A stretch of 64,000 nucleotides of DNA. It comes from Utricularia gibba (taxonomy: Eukaryota > Plantae > Magnoliophyta). A program made the position numbers and the translations under genes. The stretch is from the NCBI GenBank assembly GCA_002189035.1, contig NEEC01000012.1, forward strand, positions 2,232,001 through 2,296,000, written 5' to 3'. This document shows, piece by piece, positions 63,922 through 64,000 of this stretch. The notes under the pieces were generated by a model, which saw nothing but the letters and a program-made list of their open reading frames with translations, was not told the origin of the DNA and did no database searches. Numbering within the stretch: the stretch's first letter is position 1; every line of letters begins with the position of its first letter.

Positions 63922-64000
63922 CTATGGGAGAGTTGAACAAATGTTAAACTGCAACTGTATCAAAAACACATTTTAAACGAAATCAGTGAGCACTTGTGCT

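Overview
This is plant (angiosperm) nuclear DNA: gene-dense (about 16 protein-coding genes in 64 kb), mostly intron-containing, with very AT-rich spacers and no full-length transposon. Gene order: type-B ARR (+), MUT9-like/CK1-like kinase (+), Asp/Glu-rich protein (+), GDC H-protein (+), uncharacterised P-loop protein (-), mitochondrial ATP synthase gamma (-), GT34 xyloglucan xylosyltransferase (+), CASP-like 3A (-), cycling DOF factor (-), DYW-PPR (-), subgroup-1 R2R3-MYB (-), class I TCP (+), PMEI-like protein (+), DUF1118/RIQ-like (+), HD-Zip I (+), and the 3' end of a CDPK (-). Three transcription-factor genes (ARR, MYB, TCP) each carry a 1-bp deletion in a short homopolymer, and a uORF carries an apparent 1-bp insertion, which points to consensus indel errors. 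The most interesting leads are: a STAND-like P-loop protein with a degenerate Walker B whose start is overlapped by a possible spliced signal-peptide-like ORF; a CPuORF33-like uORF ahead of the HD-Zip gene; class I TCP sites flanking the TCP gene; a 0.9 kb GCCCA-rich nested tandem array; a DYW domain with a deletion just before the HSE motif; and an H-protein with an altered lipoyl motif. Exon boundaries were read by hand, and family assignments come from recalled motifs, not database searches.
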